A stretch of 64,000 bases of DNA. Source: Macrostomum lignano (taxonomy: Eukaryota). The stretch spans positions 1-64,000 of the forward strand of contig NIVC01000051.1 of assembly GCA_002269645.1 (NCBI GenBank), given 5' to 3'. Positions 33,901-45,820 of the stretch are shown one piece after another; within the stretch, counting starts at the first letter, position 1, and each line of letters opens with the position of its first letter. Below the pieces are notes generated by a model, which made no database searches, was not told the origin of the DNA, and saw only the letters and a program-made list of their open reading frames with translations. The position numbers and the translations under genes were made by a program.

Positions 33901-34505
33901 AAACTTGACAGCTCGAGGACAAGCTGGACGTGGTCCAAACTGAACTACTGCTCACCAAGCAGATGCTAACAGAGAAAGATGATGAAGCATTGAAGCTGGC
34001 TGAGAACAATGCCAGACTCAAGGACATGGTTCGCGAGCTCACGACTGACTGCGACAAACGGACCGGAATTATTGACGAGTATAAACAGATTGTTAGTAGA
34101 TTGAGCGACAGATTGAACTCTCAAGACCAGCAGCAGCTGTCTGCAACAATTCCAACCACTCCTACCACTGCTGCTCCTACTACTGCTGCTACTACTAGTA
34201 GTAGCGATTATTCCGAACTGGAAGTTGAACTGGCTAAAACTAAGTTAGCCCTGGTCGAAGCCGAATGCCGTTGTCAAGCTCTGGAGCATCAAGTGAACAG
34301 TTTTAAAATGATGCAACAGAGACCGTCTGCAACTTCTTCTTCTAGTGGAAGCGGCGGCGGTTTGTCTCAACGATTCACCAAAGCTGTGAGCAGTTTTGCT
34401 AATAAAACTGCGTCTTCTTCTTCTAGTGGACAGCAGCAGCAGCAGCAACAGATGCCGCCTTCAGTGTCTGAGCACTGCTTGAGCAGTCAGTTAAGTACTA
34501 TGTAA
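21651..34505 (+). CDS. RABGAP1: Rab GTPase-activating protein 1 (RABGAP1/RABGAP1L, GAPCenA-like), 9 coding exons, 995 aa
   Basis: Exons 21651-21919, 22584-23048, 23665-23830, 24814-25088, 25674-26117, 27221-27341, 29573-30000, 32062-32287, 33912-34505. All introns are GT-AG, phases are consistent, total 2988 nt. Domains: PTB; kinesin-binding region (ISRCFGLLL..ERFW); TBC with Arg finger (IARDISRTY) and Gln finger (GYCQGMSFL), plus YASQWFLTLF; C-terminal coiled coil. Confidence 0.92.
22046..22335. repeat. 33-bp minisatellite, RABGAP1 intron 1
   Basis: Same unit as 10188-11008, ~16 units shorter. Confidence 0.9.
22584..23048 (+). CDS. RABGAP1: RABGAP1 exon 2 (PTB domain)
   Basis: TACAG|A acceptor, CG|GTTAGT donor; YLGSVSV..QMAQAF; 465 nt, phase 2-2. 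Confidence 0.88.
23090..23540. repeat. ~35-bp minisatellite (GGGATAATTGAGGATTATGGAGTTTTTTGGGAATT)n, intron 2
   Basis: Direct reading. Confidence 0.9.
23665..23830 (+). CDS. RABGAP1: RABGAP1 exon 3
   Basis: TTCAAG|G acceptor, AAG|GTAACT donor; VDIQEQDGKGAWSSVP. Confidence 0.85.
23913..24745. repeat. 21-24-bp minisatellite (GCGCCAAAATCAAGCTAAAGAAGA)n, intron 3
   Basis: Direct reading. Confidence 0.92.
24814..25088 (+). CDS. RABGAP1: RABGAP1 exon 4
   Basis: CTCAG|GTG acceptor, AA|GTGAGT donor; ISRCFGLLL. Confidence 0.88.
25135..25620. repeat. 33-bp minisatellite, intron 4 (same family as intron 1)
   Basis: Direct reading. Confidence 0.92.
25674..26117 (+). CDS. RABGAP1: RABGAP1 exon 5 (TBC N-terminus)
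   Basis: ATCAG|G acceptor, AG|GTTTGG donor; EERFW, LVRRGVPESLRPQVWSLL. Confidence 0.9.
26150..27120. repeat. 23-bp minisatellite (GTGAGATTCTCATTGAGGTAGGC / ..GATAGAT)n, intron 5
   Basis: Direct reading; each unit has the interrupted palindrome TGAGA-T-TCTCA. Confidence 0.95.
27221..27341 (+). CDS. RABGAP1: RABGAP1 exon 6
   Basis: CTGCAG|A acceptor, CAG|GTAGGG donor; DISRTY..VGYCQ. Confidence 0.92.
27368..29490. repeat. 14-bp minisatellite (CTCAATCCTGTCTA)n, intron 6
   Basis: Direct reading. Confidence 0.95.
29573..30000 (+). CDS. RABGAP1: RABGAP1 exon 7 (TBC core)
   Basis: CGCAG|GGC acceptor, AG|GTAGGT donor; GMSFL, YASQWFLTLF. Confidence 0.95.
30065..31950. repeat. 19-bp minisatellite (GGGTAGATAAAGTAGGTCA)n, intron 7
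   Basis: Direct reading. Confidence 0.95.
32062..32287 (+). CDS. RABGAP1: RABGAP1 exon 8
   Basis: TTTAG|A acceptor, TTG|GTAAGC donor; RLQEENDCLARELL. Confidence 0.9.
32485..33050. repeat. 23-bp minisatellite (GATAGATGTGAGATTAAGGGTGA)n, intron 8
   Basis: Direct reading. Confidence 0.88.
33912..34505 (+). CDS. RABGAP1: RABGAP1 exon 9 (coiled coil, stop)
   Basis: GACAG|CTC acceptor; ELEVELAKTKLALVEAECRCQ; TAA at 34503-34505. Confidence 0.9.
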   Translation, partial: LEDKLDVVQTELLLTKQMLTEKDDEALKLAENNARLKDMVRELTTDCDKRTGIIDEYKQIVSRLSDRLNSQDQQQLSATIPTTPTTAAPTTAATTSSSDYSELEVELAKTKLALVEAECRCQALEHQVNSFKMMQQRPSATSSSSGSGGGLSQRFTKAVSSFANKTASSSSSGQQQQQQQMPPSVSEHCLSSQLSTM

Positions 34506-34934
34506 GCTGGATTCAGTAACTCTATATCCTTTATTTTTATGCCTAGTTATATTTTAACTAAGCGGTATTCTTCAAACGCGTGTTTCTTTTGTCTGCCAAG
34601 CGTTTCTGCCTGTAGCTATGCAATCAATTCATTCCCTGTGCAGTTTTACTACTGCTAGTAGGCTATGCGATTGTATGTGAATATTATAATAGCGTGACTG
34701 TATAAATATTTGTTAATACAAAGATGTCATAATGCTTTATATATTGTCCAGTATGCACAGTTTATTAATAGTAATAATATGTAGTAAGAATTAGACAGCT
34801 TCGCTTTTTCCGTATCTACCAAACAATTTACCTGAATGGTGTGTGTCATTCTGTAAGTACTGCTGATCACTCTAACTTTCTATGTGACTTCTCTACCTCT
34901 ACGCTCTCGATGTCTAATTTCCACCCTACCTTTC

Positions 34935-36065
34935 TTCTCTACCCCTACCTCTCTACTCTCCACCCTACCTCTCTACTCTCCACCCTACCTCTCTACTCTC
35001 TACCCTACCTCTCTACTCTCTACCCGATCTCTCTACTCTCTACCCTACCTCTACTCTCCACCCTACCTCTCTACTCTCCACCCTACCTCTCTACTCTCTA
35101 CCCTACCTCTCTACTCTCTACCCGATCTCTCTACTCTCTACCCTACCTCTACTCTCCACCCTACCTCTCTACTCTCCACCCTACCTCTCTACTCTCTACC
35201 CTACCTCTCTACTCTCTACCCGATCTCTCTACTCTCTACCCTACCTCTACTCTCCACCCTACCTCTCTACTCTCCACCCTACCTCTCTACTCTCCACCCT
35301 ACCTCTCTACTCTCTACCCTACCTCTCTACTCTCTACCCGATCTCTCTACTCTCTACCCTACCTCTACTCTCCACCCTACCTCTCTACTCTCCACCCTAC
35401 CTCTCTACTCTCTACCCTACCTCTACTCTCCACCCTACCTCTCTACTCCCCACCCTACCTCTCTACTCTCTACCCTACCTCTCTACTCTCTACCCTACCT
35501 CTCTACTCTCCACCCTACCTCTCTACTCTCTACCCTACATATCTACTCTCCACTCTACCTCTCTACTCTCCACCCTACCTCTCTACTCCCCACCCTACCT
35601 CTCTACTCTCTACCCTACATATCTACTCTCCACTCTACCTCTCTACTCTCTACCCTACCTCTCTACTCCCCACCCTACCTCTCTACTCTCTACCCTACCT
35701 CTCTACTCTCTACCCGATCTCTCTACTCTCTACCCTACCTCTACTCTCCACCCTACCTCTCTACTCTCCACCCTACCTCTCTACTCCCCACCCTACCTCT
35801 CTACTCTCTACCCTACATATCTACTCTCCACTCTACCTCTCTACTCTCCACCCATCTCTACTCTCCACCCTACCTCTCTACTCTCCACTCTACCTCTCTA
35901 CTCTCCACCCTACCTCTCTACTCTCTACCCTACCTCTCTACTCTCTACCCTACCTCTCTATACTCTTCCCTACATATCTACTCTCTACCCTACCTCTCTA
36001 CTCTCTACCCTACCTCTTTACTCTCTACCCGATCTCTCTACTCTGCACCCTACCTCTCTACTCTG
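34935..36065. repeat. ~20-bp minisatellite (CTCTACTCTCCACCCTACCT)n
   Basis: Direct reading. Confidence 0.95.
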
Positions 36066-36639
36066 CTCCTGTTCCCTGTTTCTATAATCCAACTCTACTC
36101 TCTTTCTTTATCTACTCTCATTCCCTACTCTTCTTACATACCTCTTCTTTCTATCTTGCACAAGAAAATATTTTATAACGGATATTGGCGTGTATGAGTC
36201 ACATTAAAAGATATACTCGTTAATCTGACAGTTTCAGCAAAAAATTGTTTTATATTTTTTCGATCTGCATCAGATTCATATTTCTTATTTAATTAAGCTC
36301 TTCTGTAATATATGCTTATTTTTAATAAATTTATCTCCGCACTACTAATGTAAGTATTATTACAGCATATAACTGTTTTTTTTTAAAAATTACTATAATA
36401 TGTAAAATTGAAATTATTTTTGCAGCTATTTTAAGACTGAAATCACTATATGTAATGTAGAGTTATGAAATAATTTTTTAAGTGGATTTGCAATGCATGT
36501 ATGGCATATTCTTTGTTTTTTTAAGTTGAATTTCGCACTTTAATTGACGCTTCAGTATAAAATTTTGAGTTCTTTATATTGAAAAAATTTACTTTATTTG
36601 AGGCTTTGTTTTAGGACTTTTGGATTTTGGATTTAGGAT

Positions 36640-36930
36640 TTGGGATTTCAGAAAGAGTATCTGGATTTTCGGATTTTAGAGTGGGGATCTGAATATTGGG
36701 ATTTTAGAATGGGGATTTGAATGTTGGGATTTCAGAGTGGGAATCTGAATGTTGGGTTTAGAATGGGTATCTGAATATTGAGATCTTAGAATGGGGATCT
36801 GAATATTGGGATTTTAGAATGGGTATCTGAATGTTGGGATTTTAGAATGGGGATTTGAATGTTGGGATTTCAGAGTGGGAATCTGAATGTTGGGTTTAGA
36901 ATGGGGATCTGAATATTGGGATATTAGAAT
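36640..36930. repeat. ~28-bp degenerate repeat (GAATGGGGATCTGAATATTGGGATTTTA)n
   Basis: Direct reading. Confidence 0.8.
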
Positions 36931-37549
36931 GAACATTAGGGTGTTGTATTGAAATAGAAAAGAAATTTCAGCTGAGCTTTTATGGTCATCAAATAAAGTA
37001 TTTATAATTAAATTTCAATCAAGGCACTATTTTTATAAACTCGATTTTTACTCTCGCTTACATTTGCCCATAGACACACTTATTTAAACAGCCTGATTTT
37101 TACTTACTACTGTCAGTAACAAAAGACGCTTACTGCTCCAATTTTGGTTAATAATTTTTATTCTACTAACCTATATAACACATTAGTTTAGGTTTACGTC
37201 TGTGTTTTTTTATTTAAATATTTCCAACAGTTCTATGAGAAATTGCAATGCCACCTTCGACTGTACCTGTTTTCGCAACTGCAAACAATAGATAATTATA
37301 ATTTGTTTATTTGTCTGTGTAGTTGCTTTAGTGATAAATAAACGGCATTGGCTCTTCACTGCATGTCTGACAGATTGCTGCGTTGGAAACTGGGACTTGG
37401 GACTTCATCAGTTATGTTGATTTTACGTGTAAAGCCCGCTTATAAAAACTTTTTAATTATTGAATTTGCTTTTGTCTTCTTTCTGGCTGATAACGATTAT
37501 TTTATATGGGCCAAGTGCAAGTTCTCCGATTGCTGACCCACCACCCTTG

Positions 37550-38640
37550 CAGATCCTCAGTTGCTGGGCCAGCCTCCCAGATCCTCAGTTGCTGGGCCAG
37601 CCTCCCAGATCCTCAGTTGCTGGGCCAGCCTCCCAGATCCTCAGTTGCTGGGCCAGCCTCCCAGATCCTCAGTTGCTGGGCCAGCCTCCCAGATGCCCAG
37701 TTGCTGGGCCAGCCTCCCAGATCCTCAGTTGCTGGGCCAGCCTCCCAGATGCCCAGTTGCTGGGCCAGCCTCCCAGATCCTCAGTTGCTGGGCCAGCCTC
37801 CCAGATCCTCAGTTGCTGGGCCAGCCTCCCAGATGCCCAGTTGCTGGGCCAGCCTCCCAGATCCTCAGTTGCTGGGCCAGCCTCCCAGATCCTCAGTTGC
37901 TGGGCCAGCCTCCCAGATGCCCAGTTGCTGAGCCAGCCTCCCAGATCCTCAGTTGCTGGGCCAGCTTCCCAGATGCCCAGTTGCTGGGCCAGCCTCCCAG
38001 ATCCTCAGTTGCTGGGCCAGCCTCCCAGATCCTCAGTTGCTGGGCCAGCCTCCCAGATGCCCAGTTGCTGAGCCAGCCTCCCAGATCCTCAGTTGCTGGG
38101 CCAGCTTCCCAGATGCCCAGTTGCTGGGCCAGCCTCCCAGATCCTCAGTTGCTGGGCCAGCCTCCCAGATCCTCAGTTGCTGGGCCAGCCTCCCAGATGC
38201 CCAGTTGCTGAGCCAGCCTCCCAGATCCTCAGTTTCTGGGCCAGCCTCCCAGATCCTCAGTTGCTGGGCCAGCCTCCCAGATGCCCAGTTGCTGGGCCAG
38301 CCTCCCAGATCCTCAGTTGCTGGGCCAGCCTCCCAGATCCTCAGTTGCTGGGCCAGCCTCCCAGATGCCCAGTTGCTGGGCCAGCCTCCCAGATCCTCAG
38401 TTGCTGGGCCAGCCTCCCAGATGCCCAGTTGCTGGGCCAGCCTCCCAGATCCTCAGTTGCTGGGCCAGCCTCCCAGATCCTCAGTTGCTGGGCCAGCCTC
38501 CCAGATGCCCAGTTGCTGGGCCAGCCTCCCAGATCCTCAGTTGCTGGGCCAGCCTCCCAGATCCTCAGTTGCTGGGCCAGCCTCCCAGATGCCCAGTTGC
38601 TGGGCCAGCCTCCCAGATCCTCAGTTGCTGGGCCAGCCTC
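37550..38640. repeat. 28-bp minisatellite (CCCAGATCCTCAGTTGCTGGGCCAGCCT)n
   Basis: Direct reading. Confidence 0.95.
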
Positions 38641-39509
38641 TGTCTAAACTATTCATTTTCAGCGTTCCTCAATCGACTCCCAAGGCCCAGAATCAGGGTG
38701 GTTGATCAATAATTACAACTCTCTTCATCAGGTTTCTCCTTGCCGCTGGAATCCAGCTGTCGGGTTGAGTGCGTTCTATAATTAGCAGGTGCAAATTAAG
38801 CTGGCGAGCGATTGTGTATTTGTGCTGTTCGTTTTTGACTCAAGAGGAAGCAATGCTCGGCAGAATTTTTTTTCAAGGTAATCACACTTCTCCGTAAACC
38901 AGCCGCTGCTAAAACAGCAATTTCATGTGGCTTAGAGCTGGTCGAAGTCTGGAATTAGGTGCCAAAAAATAAGTAATTACCGTTGAGCAGTCGCAGTGTG
39001 GGGCAGCTCACACCTGGCAGCGAGAAACTTCACTCCTGTAATTTTGATCCAATCGGTTTGAGCTGATTCAGAGCAGGTTTTTCTTGGAGCTGTACAATTA
39101 TATCCTTGATTCCTGCTAACTTGTGGATGGTTATTAGATGTGTGTGCTAGTTTTTTGGTGGCAAATGATTGATTGAATGATTGTGCAGCCAGGTTGAGGG
39201 TCTGCTGTGCTTCTAACTTGCGGTAGTTCAGAGTAGGATATGCAAATGAGATCTTTAAAGCATGCCTTGCTGCGGATTTTAATCTGATGGCTAGTTTTAT
39301 TGACTCTTAGTAAATCCTCAGTTTCTGGGCCAGCCTCCCAGATCCTCAGTTGCTGAGCCTGACTTAACTTGACTTAGCTGCAGGGCTGTCCCGGAGGGGA
39401 CACAGCGGGAAGGCGCGGGCGCCCATTCCGCTAGTCCCTGAACGGCCGACGCATCGCTATGGACGGAGGGTTGGCGCCGCCCAGGGAGGTCCCCCAGTGT
39501 CGCCAGCAG

Positions 39510-42500
39510 CTATGGTGCTCTCTGGAAAGGAGAGTTCAGCCCTGCGGGTGGCCCGAAGGTAGCGCATGAGCTGATTAAAGTTTCGGGTTTGCACGCTTCA
39601 GTAATAGATGTGTGTGGCCCGAGGTAAGTGAGTCTGGCCCGCGTGAAGGCGGGACAGATGCTGACGAAATGCTCAGCGGTTTCGTCACCTGAGTTGCAGA
39701 AGCTACAGGTGGCGTTGCCCTGCAGGTGCTGGTGCCTGGAGAAGCAGCCGTGACCAGAGAGGGTCATGGTGGCAGCCCGGATGTCTCTGCGCGAGAGGCG
39801 CAAGAGGAGCTTCCGGAGCTGGTGAGAGGGCTGAGGGACAGCGCCTCTGGATTGCCTGCAGTTCGTGCGGTTCGCCCAAGTCGAGCGGTGCTGAGTCCTG
39901 ATCCACGCTTTGATGCGCGAGTCGATGACACAGCCAGGAATCGGGACAAGAGGTTCGGGGCCGAGAGAGGAGCCGGAGGCACCAACTTTTGCAAGGGTGT
40001 CAGCCAACTCATTTCCTCGGATCCCCACATGCCCCGGAACCCACTTAAGGGTAATTTTGTTGGCGGAACCCAACACGTTGAGGAGTTTGATACAGTCGAG
40101 GACTGTAGCAGAGTTGGTGCTGCAGCCACTGATGGCGTGCAAGGCAGCTTGGCTGTCCGAATGGAAAATGATGTTCTTACCAGTAACGCCAGTGGCGAGA
40201 AGCTCTGCAGTGCAGGAGCTGATGGCCAGAACTTCATTTTGGAAAACACTGGAGTTGACCCCAGTGTATTGAGCGTGGGTAGCGATGACCCTCCCGTTCA
40301 GAAAGATTCCAACACCAAAGCCGGTGTTGGCTGACTGCTTAGAACCGTCGGTGTAGCAATGAAGCTCACCAGGGTTCCAATGGTCATTGATGTTATCGCG
40401 CGAGTCGATAGCTACGGAGTAGCGCTGTCTCAGGTTGAGCGTTGAGGCAATGCCATCGGTGAAGACGCGATTGGCCTGACACTCGTTGAGAAAGTTGAGG
40501 CACAGATCGCTATGCGGGACAAGGTTCCGCTTAGCAGGTGCTCTCATGTAAATGAATTTGACGCCGGCATCAATTAGACGCCGCGTCGTTCTAGCCGCCT
40601 CACCCCTGATGAAGAGGTCAAGAGGCGGAAGATTAAGGAAGGCCCCCATGCCAGCAAAGGGCGTGGACCTGTGGCGTTGCAGATGAGCCTACACGCTCTG
40701 CCTTGGATCGTGTTGAGCAGGTCTGCATGGCTTTTGACCTGGGTAGCGCTAACCCAGACAACAGAGGCGTACGTAATGGCAGGTCTAACTACGGAAGTAT
40801 AGATCCACCAAAGCCGCTTTGGGGATAGACCCCAAGAAGTGCCAAGTGCTCGTCGGAGCTGGGCCAGGATGGCTGAGGCACGCTTGGCTTTTGCTTTCAC
40901 GTGGAGGACCAGTTGAGCCGGTGGTCAAGTATGACCCCGAGACATCTGGTCTGGTGCGCGAAGGCAATATCTCTGCCGTAGAGCTGCAGAGGACGTATGT
41001 TCCAGCGTAGTCTGCTGGTAAACATAATGGCAACGGTTTTGGGCTCAGAGAGTTCCAGACCATTGTCATTGGCCCAGGATTCTGCTTTGCGGATAAAGCT
41101 CTGCATCAGATCCCTGAGCGTGCTGGGAGACGGTCCTGCCACAATGGCCGTGACGTCATCAGCATACCCGACTTTGAAGACGGGGTCGGGTCGGGAGTCA
41201 CTCAAAAGAGCGTCCATGACCAGGTTCCAGAGCGTCGGGGTGAGGACTCCGCCTTGGGGTCCACCCTTACAGACTCTGGCGGAGGCAGTTTGCCCAAGAA
41301 GTTGGGCAGTGACCGTACGGTTGGAGATCATGTACATGATCCACCGTATGAGGGTAGCATGAGCTTTGCGATTTTGAAGGGCCCTCTGAAACGCTTCAAA
41401 GATAACGTTGTCGAAGGCGCCAACAATGTCAAGAAAGAGAGCCAGAGCGTAACCGTCACCCAGTACCGCCCTTTCAATCTTCTCGACAATCGCATGCAGG
41501 GCGCTGTCAGTCGACCTCCCGGTACGGAAGGCGTGCTGATTATTGCTGAGGGGCATCGCTGTCAGCTCGCAGGACAGCAGCCGCCAGAGAATAAGCCTCT
41601 CAGTGAGCTTAAGCATTGCTGACGTTAAGCTAATAGGCCGGAAGGCCTTGACGCTTTGGTAGTCACCCTTCCCAGGTTTGGGAATAAAGACTACCCGAGC
41701 TTCAGTCCAGCATTTGGGAACGTATCCCAGCTGGATAGAGGCCCGCATAAGATTGCGGGTGAGTCTCAGGAACGAGGGTATCTTGGCTGCTTCACGAAGG
41801 AGAACAGGGTAGATACCATCAGGTCCAGGAGATTTGAAGGTTTGAAGGTTCTGACCGCACGAGCGATTAGGTCTTCAGTGACAATGCCCGCCGCTAGGGT
41901 GGCTCCATCCATCGAATGGTTGGGCTCCGGTCTAGCAGTAGGTACCCTCGGGAAGAATGTGCTAAGCATATGCTGAAGCACTTCTTCAGGGTCTTTAGTA
42001 AGAGAGCCATCATCTTTTTTGATCATGGCTAATTTGGACATTTTGTCCATTGTAAGGGCCTTGACAAGCCTAGAAGTAGGTCTGTCTTGATCCAATTCAT
42101 TGCAGAATTGGCGCCACTTACATTCCTTGGCCTTGCGCACTTCAGATTTGAAATTGCGGGAGGCTTGCCGGAAAAGCTCCATGTCCTCCGGGTTTCCGGT
42201 CTTCATGGCACGGCGATGAAGGCTTTTGGCCTTCCGCCTGAGTTTCCCCAGCTCCGGGTTCCACCACGGCGCCGAGGTCTTGCCTTTGTAGGCGCGAGCA
42301 GGACAAGCCGCTTCGTAGGCTTCAATAATGCAACCTGTCAGCGTCTCAGCCATATGATCCACATCCTCGCAGGTCTCAATCGGACGTAAGTCCGTGAGTT
42401 CCTGCAGGTGCAGATCAAGGGCAGCCTTGTAGGCCGCCCAATCAGTGTTGCGGATATTGCGTCTCCAAGTGATCGGAGACTGGGTTTTAGTGTCCGCGAT

Positions 42501-43184
42501 GTTAAAGGCGATAAAGCAGTGGTCAGACAGGGAGGGCTCCTCAGACCAGACTCTCCACTCCTCAACTCTGTCAAAGAGTCTTGGGGTAACGAGTGTGGCG
42601 TCGAGGACCTCGGTCCATCTGCCATTATTAAAGGTAGGAGTGCTGCCGCGGTTGCAGAGCATGAGGTTTGTGTTAGAGATGAGGGCCAGAAGCTCCTCTC
42701 CTCTAGTGTTGGTATCTTTGCTGCCCCAGTGCTTGTGGTGCGCGTTGAGGTCGCCCCCTAAGCACAGCTCAGCGTTCTGGGACTCGCAGTACTGCGCGAG
42801 GCGCAGTAAACTCTCAGGAGCAGGGTCTCTGTCGCCTGGGATATAAACCGAGGCAACAAGACACGTACGCGGAGAGAAATGATTAGATTGGATGACACAA
42901 AGGTCTCCATCAGAGAGATCAGTCCTCAGCCAAGCCTGGAGATGGCTAGCAGCGAGGATAGCCGCTCTAGGGCGGCTGTTCCCCGGGCCACACACATAAA
43001 AATCAGAGTAGCCAGAGGGAATGTTGGGCAACTTACCGTTGCGCATCCAGGGTTCCTGGATCAGGATGAGGCCTGGCCTGTACAGCTCAGCAATCTTCAT
43101 CAGATTTACTGACGCAGATACGCAATGCTGTAAATTAATTTGCAGACAGAATGTCGCTCCTTTGGCAGCGTGGAGCTTAGTCAT
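39510..43184 (-). pseudogene. ORF2 (APE endonuclease, RT, RNase H, zinc knuckle) with at least 3 frameshifts
   Basis: Segments 41766-43184 (APE), 40897-41748 (RT), 40574-40900 and 39510-40649 (RNase H, CSFC..H....C) lie in different frames. Confidence 0.9.
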
Positions 43185-43207
43185 ACTGTATTAAATGCAA
43201 TTTCTGG

Positions 43208-44727
43208 CTAGAGCCCAGGGCCATCAAGGAGACTTGGACAACAGATCGTCCTCGTCCCAGGCCGCTGGGGCTTGACTGGGAGATGGGAGTTGGTCGACGT
43301 CCATGGCCTCCTCACCCCCACCGGCCCCCCCAGCAGAGTCCTCAGGCTCCGATGACAGGATGGAGGAAGCTTCCTCACCTGCATCTTTACCTTCAGACCC
43401 CACCAGGTGGCCGAGGAGAGCTCGGATTCCGAAGACCCGGCCTCGTCCTCAACTCCTTCTCCGACTGGCAGGTTTGGTTCCCGGGGCTTGGCCGGAGCCG
43501 TTACCGCGGTCGCCGAACTGCTGCTAGCAGAGGGGCGAGATGCAGCTTTGGCTTTGGGATCGGCTTGCGCCTTTCCTTGGGCCTTAGACTGCGCCCCGCT
43601 CTTGCCGGAGATGCCGGGGTTGGCAGTAGCCTTCCCTTTGGCAGACTTTCCTCGGCGCATCTTGAGCTTGAGGGCACCCAGCTGGAAAGAGGATCCATTA
43701 GGGTACCGACTCGCCCAAGTGCTGGAAAGGCCGAGGACAATTGAGTTGCCCGTCTCCCCCCTGCGGACTTTACGGTGATACACCAGTCCACTAGCAGGGA
43801 GGTCGGGGTTCAGACGCAGTAGGACCCGGCGAATAACGTCTGGTCCAGCTGCGGTGCTCTTAGCAGGGACGAAAACCACATAGGGTATCGTCTTTGGACG
43901 CTGGCCCTCGCGAAGAAAAAGAGCTCCGCCAAGGTCAGCATCCAAGGAGACCGTCGGTAGCCGCTGGAGCAGCTGCCGAGCGTCCTCCTCGCTGCTAGGA
44001 GCAATAAGAACGAATTGCTTCGCAGCACCATCCGCTCAATGCCGATGGAGATTCCCTCCTCGACAGTCAGCTCAATCAGATAGGAGTCAACAGCACTCCA
44101 CACTTTTTGAAGCTGATCAGTGGTCCAGTCCTGGTCGCGACCTTGGATGATCACTCCCGGGATTTTGGCCTTGGCCTTCGCCGCAAAGGTAGCTCCCGAA
44201 GGAACCTCCTTGTTGGCAGTGGCCATTTGTTGCGCCGTGGTTTCGGCCTCAGCAGCCGCGGCAGCAGCTCCAGGGAGCGCCGCCGCTGAACTACTGGAGC
44301 TTCCACCGGCCGGCCCGCCTGGTTGCCTTGGGACTCCAGTCGCTTCAGCATCCATGGTGGACGCCGCCGCTTTGGCCCCCGCAGCTCCCTTCTTGGCCTG
44401 CCTTTTGGCGCGTTGTTTAGCGCGTTTGCGCTCAAGCCGAGCCCGCTGAGCTTCATCGGATCTGCCAGATTTGGCCGGTCCTTTAGGCTCAGAGCTCGCG
44501 GTTCCCTTAGATCCACCAGCGGAGCTGGCAGGTCCTTGGGTATTTTGAGTTTGGTAGCTCTGGTCGGATCTGCCAGCAGAGCCAGCCGGTCCTTCCTTTG
44601 CCACAGTTGAATCAGTCGGTTGGGATCTGCCAGCAGGGCCGGCCGGTCCTTCGGACTGAGGTTGGGGTTTAGAAGGGTCCCCGTCCCTAGAGTTAGCTTG
44701 ATTGTCCATAGACGGCTCGAAGGCCAT
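43208..44727 (-). pseudogene. ORF1 of the LOA-like element, frameshifted
   Basis: ATG at 44727. Low-complexity basic N-terminus followed by a globular region (VIIQGRDQDW..YVVFVP..LNPDLP..SIVLGL) split across frames. Lies immediately upstream of ORF2. Confidence 0.7.
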
Positions 44728-45242
44728 GATAAAAGGTTGGTGGGCTACCCTCAAAGGGGCGCGGTACCCACCCGGCCGCTCCACCTGACCGGGCAGTAGG
44801 CCAATAGCACCCTCAAGGCTGGCCCGACACCAGGAGGGGGACCGCTTGCGACCGGACTACTCCCCGGCCTTCCAGCCCATCGGCACGGTCAACACCTTAG
44901 GCATTAGAGAGTACGTTGAGCAGTACCACGGCCTGCAGGTTGGCGAGCCAGACCCGCATACCCAAATTCGGCCGAAGCCACTGGATAGGGTCGCCAGCGC
45001 CGGAGCCCAGTCTGTCCAGCAGCCCTAGGGACTGCCTTGAACACACGCGGGGACGAGTACCCTGGGTCGACTTGCGAGACAGCGTGGGGGGGTCTGCGGC
45101 TGCCAGAGGCAAATAGAGGGTGCAGACCTCCCACCAGCCTTGACCTGCTGAAGATAGGGGCAGGCGTAAAGCATCGCAGACCTTAGCCCATGGGCCTAGT
45201 CTGTCTCATACTTCACTGGCATGCTGAATACGCCTTCGCGTG

Positions 45243-45820
45243 CAGTTGCTGAGCCAGCCTCCCAGATCCTCAGTTGCTGGGCCAGCCTCTCAGATCCTCA
45301 GTTACTGGGCCAGCCTCCCAGATCCTCAGTTGCTGGGCCAGCCTCTCAGATCCTCAGTTACTGGGCCAGCCTCCCAGGTCCTCAGTTGCTGGGCCAGCCT
45401 CCCAGATGCCCAGTTGCTGGGCCAGCCTCCCAGATGCCCAGTTGCTGGGCCAGCCTCCCAGATCCTCAGTTGCTGGGCCAGCCTCCCAGATCCTCAGTTG
45501 CTGGGCCAGCCTCCCAGATCCTCAGTTGTTGGGCCAGCCTCCCAGATCCTCAGTTGCTGAGCCAGCCTCCCAGATCCTCAGTTGCTGAGCCAGCCTCCCA
45601 GATCCTCAGTTGCTGAGCCAGCCTCCCAGATCCTCAGTTGCTGAGCCAGCCTCCCAGATCCTCAGTTGCTGAGCCAGCCTCCCAGATCCTCAGTTGCTGA
45701 GCCAGCCTCCCAGAGTGTCAGTTTCTGGGCCAGCCTCCCAGATCCTCAGTTGCTGGGCCAGCCTCCCAGATCCTCAGTTGCTGAGCCAGCCTCCCAGAGC
45801 CTCAATTAATGGGCCAGCGT
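45243..45820. repeat. 28-bp minisatellite, continuation of the array split by the LINE (left part 39315-39359)
   Basis: Same unit as 37550-38640. Confidence 0.95.

Larger units (their letters stand above)
39360..45242 (-). mobile_element. LOA/R1-group non-LTR retrotransposon (ORF1 plus APE-RT-RNase H-CCHC), 5.9 kb
   Basis: Flanked by CAGTTGCTGAGCC (39347-39359, 45243-45255) within a 28-bp array. 3' tail TAAGTCAAGTTAAGTCA. Motifs QINLQHC, GGPQGGVLTPTLWN, GYADD, YTDGSK, WVPGHVGIRGNELAD. The clade call is from recalled motifs. Confidence 0.85.

Noticed and set aside
44727-45242. HDV-like ribozyme in the 5' UTR of the LOA-like element (GCUAA and hairpins near 45170-45210)
   Set aside because: No consistent P1/P2/P3/L3 assignment could be made by eye. 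A descriptor search would be needed.
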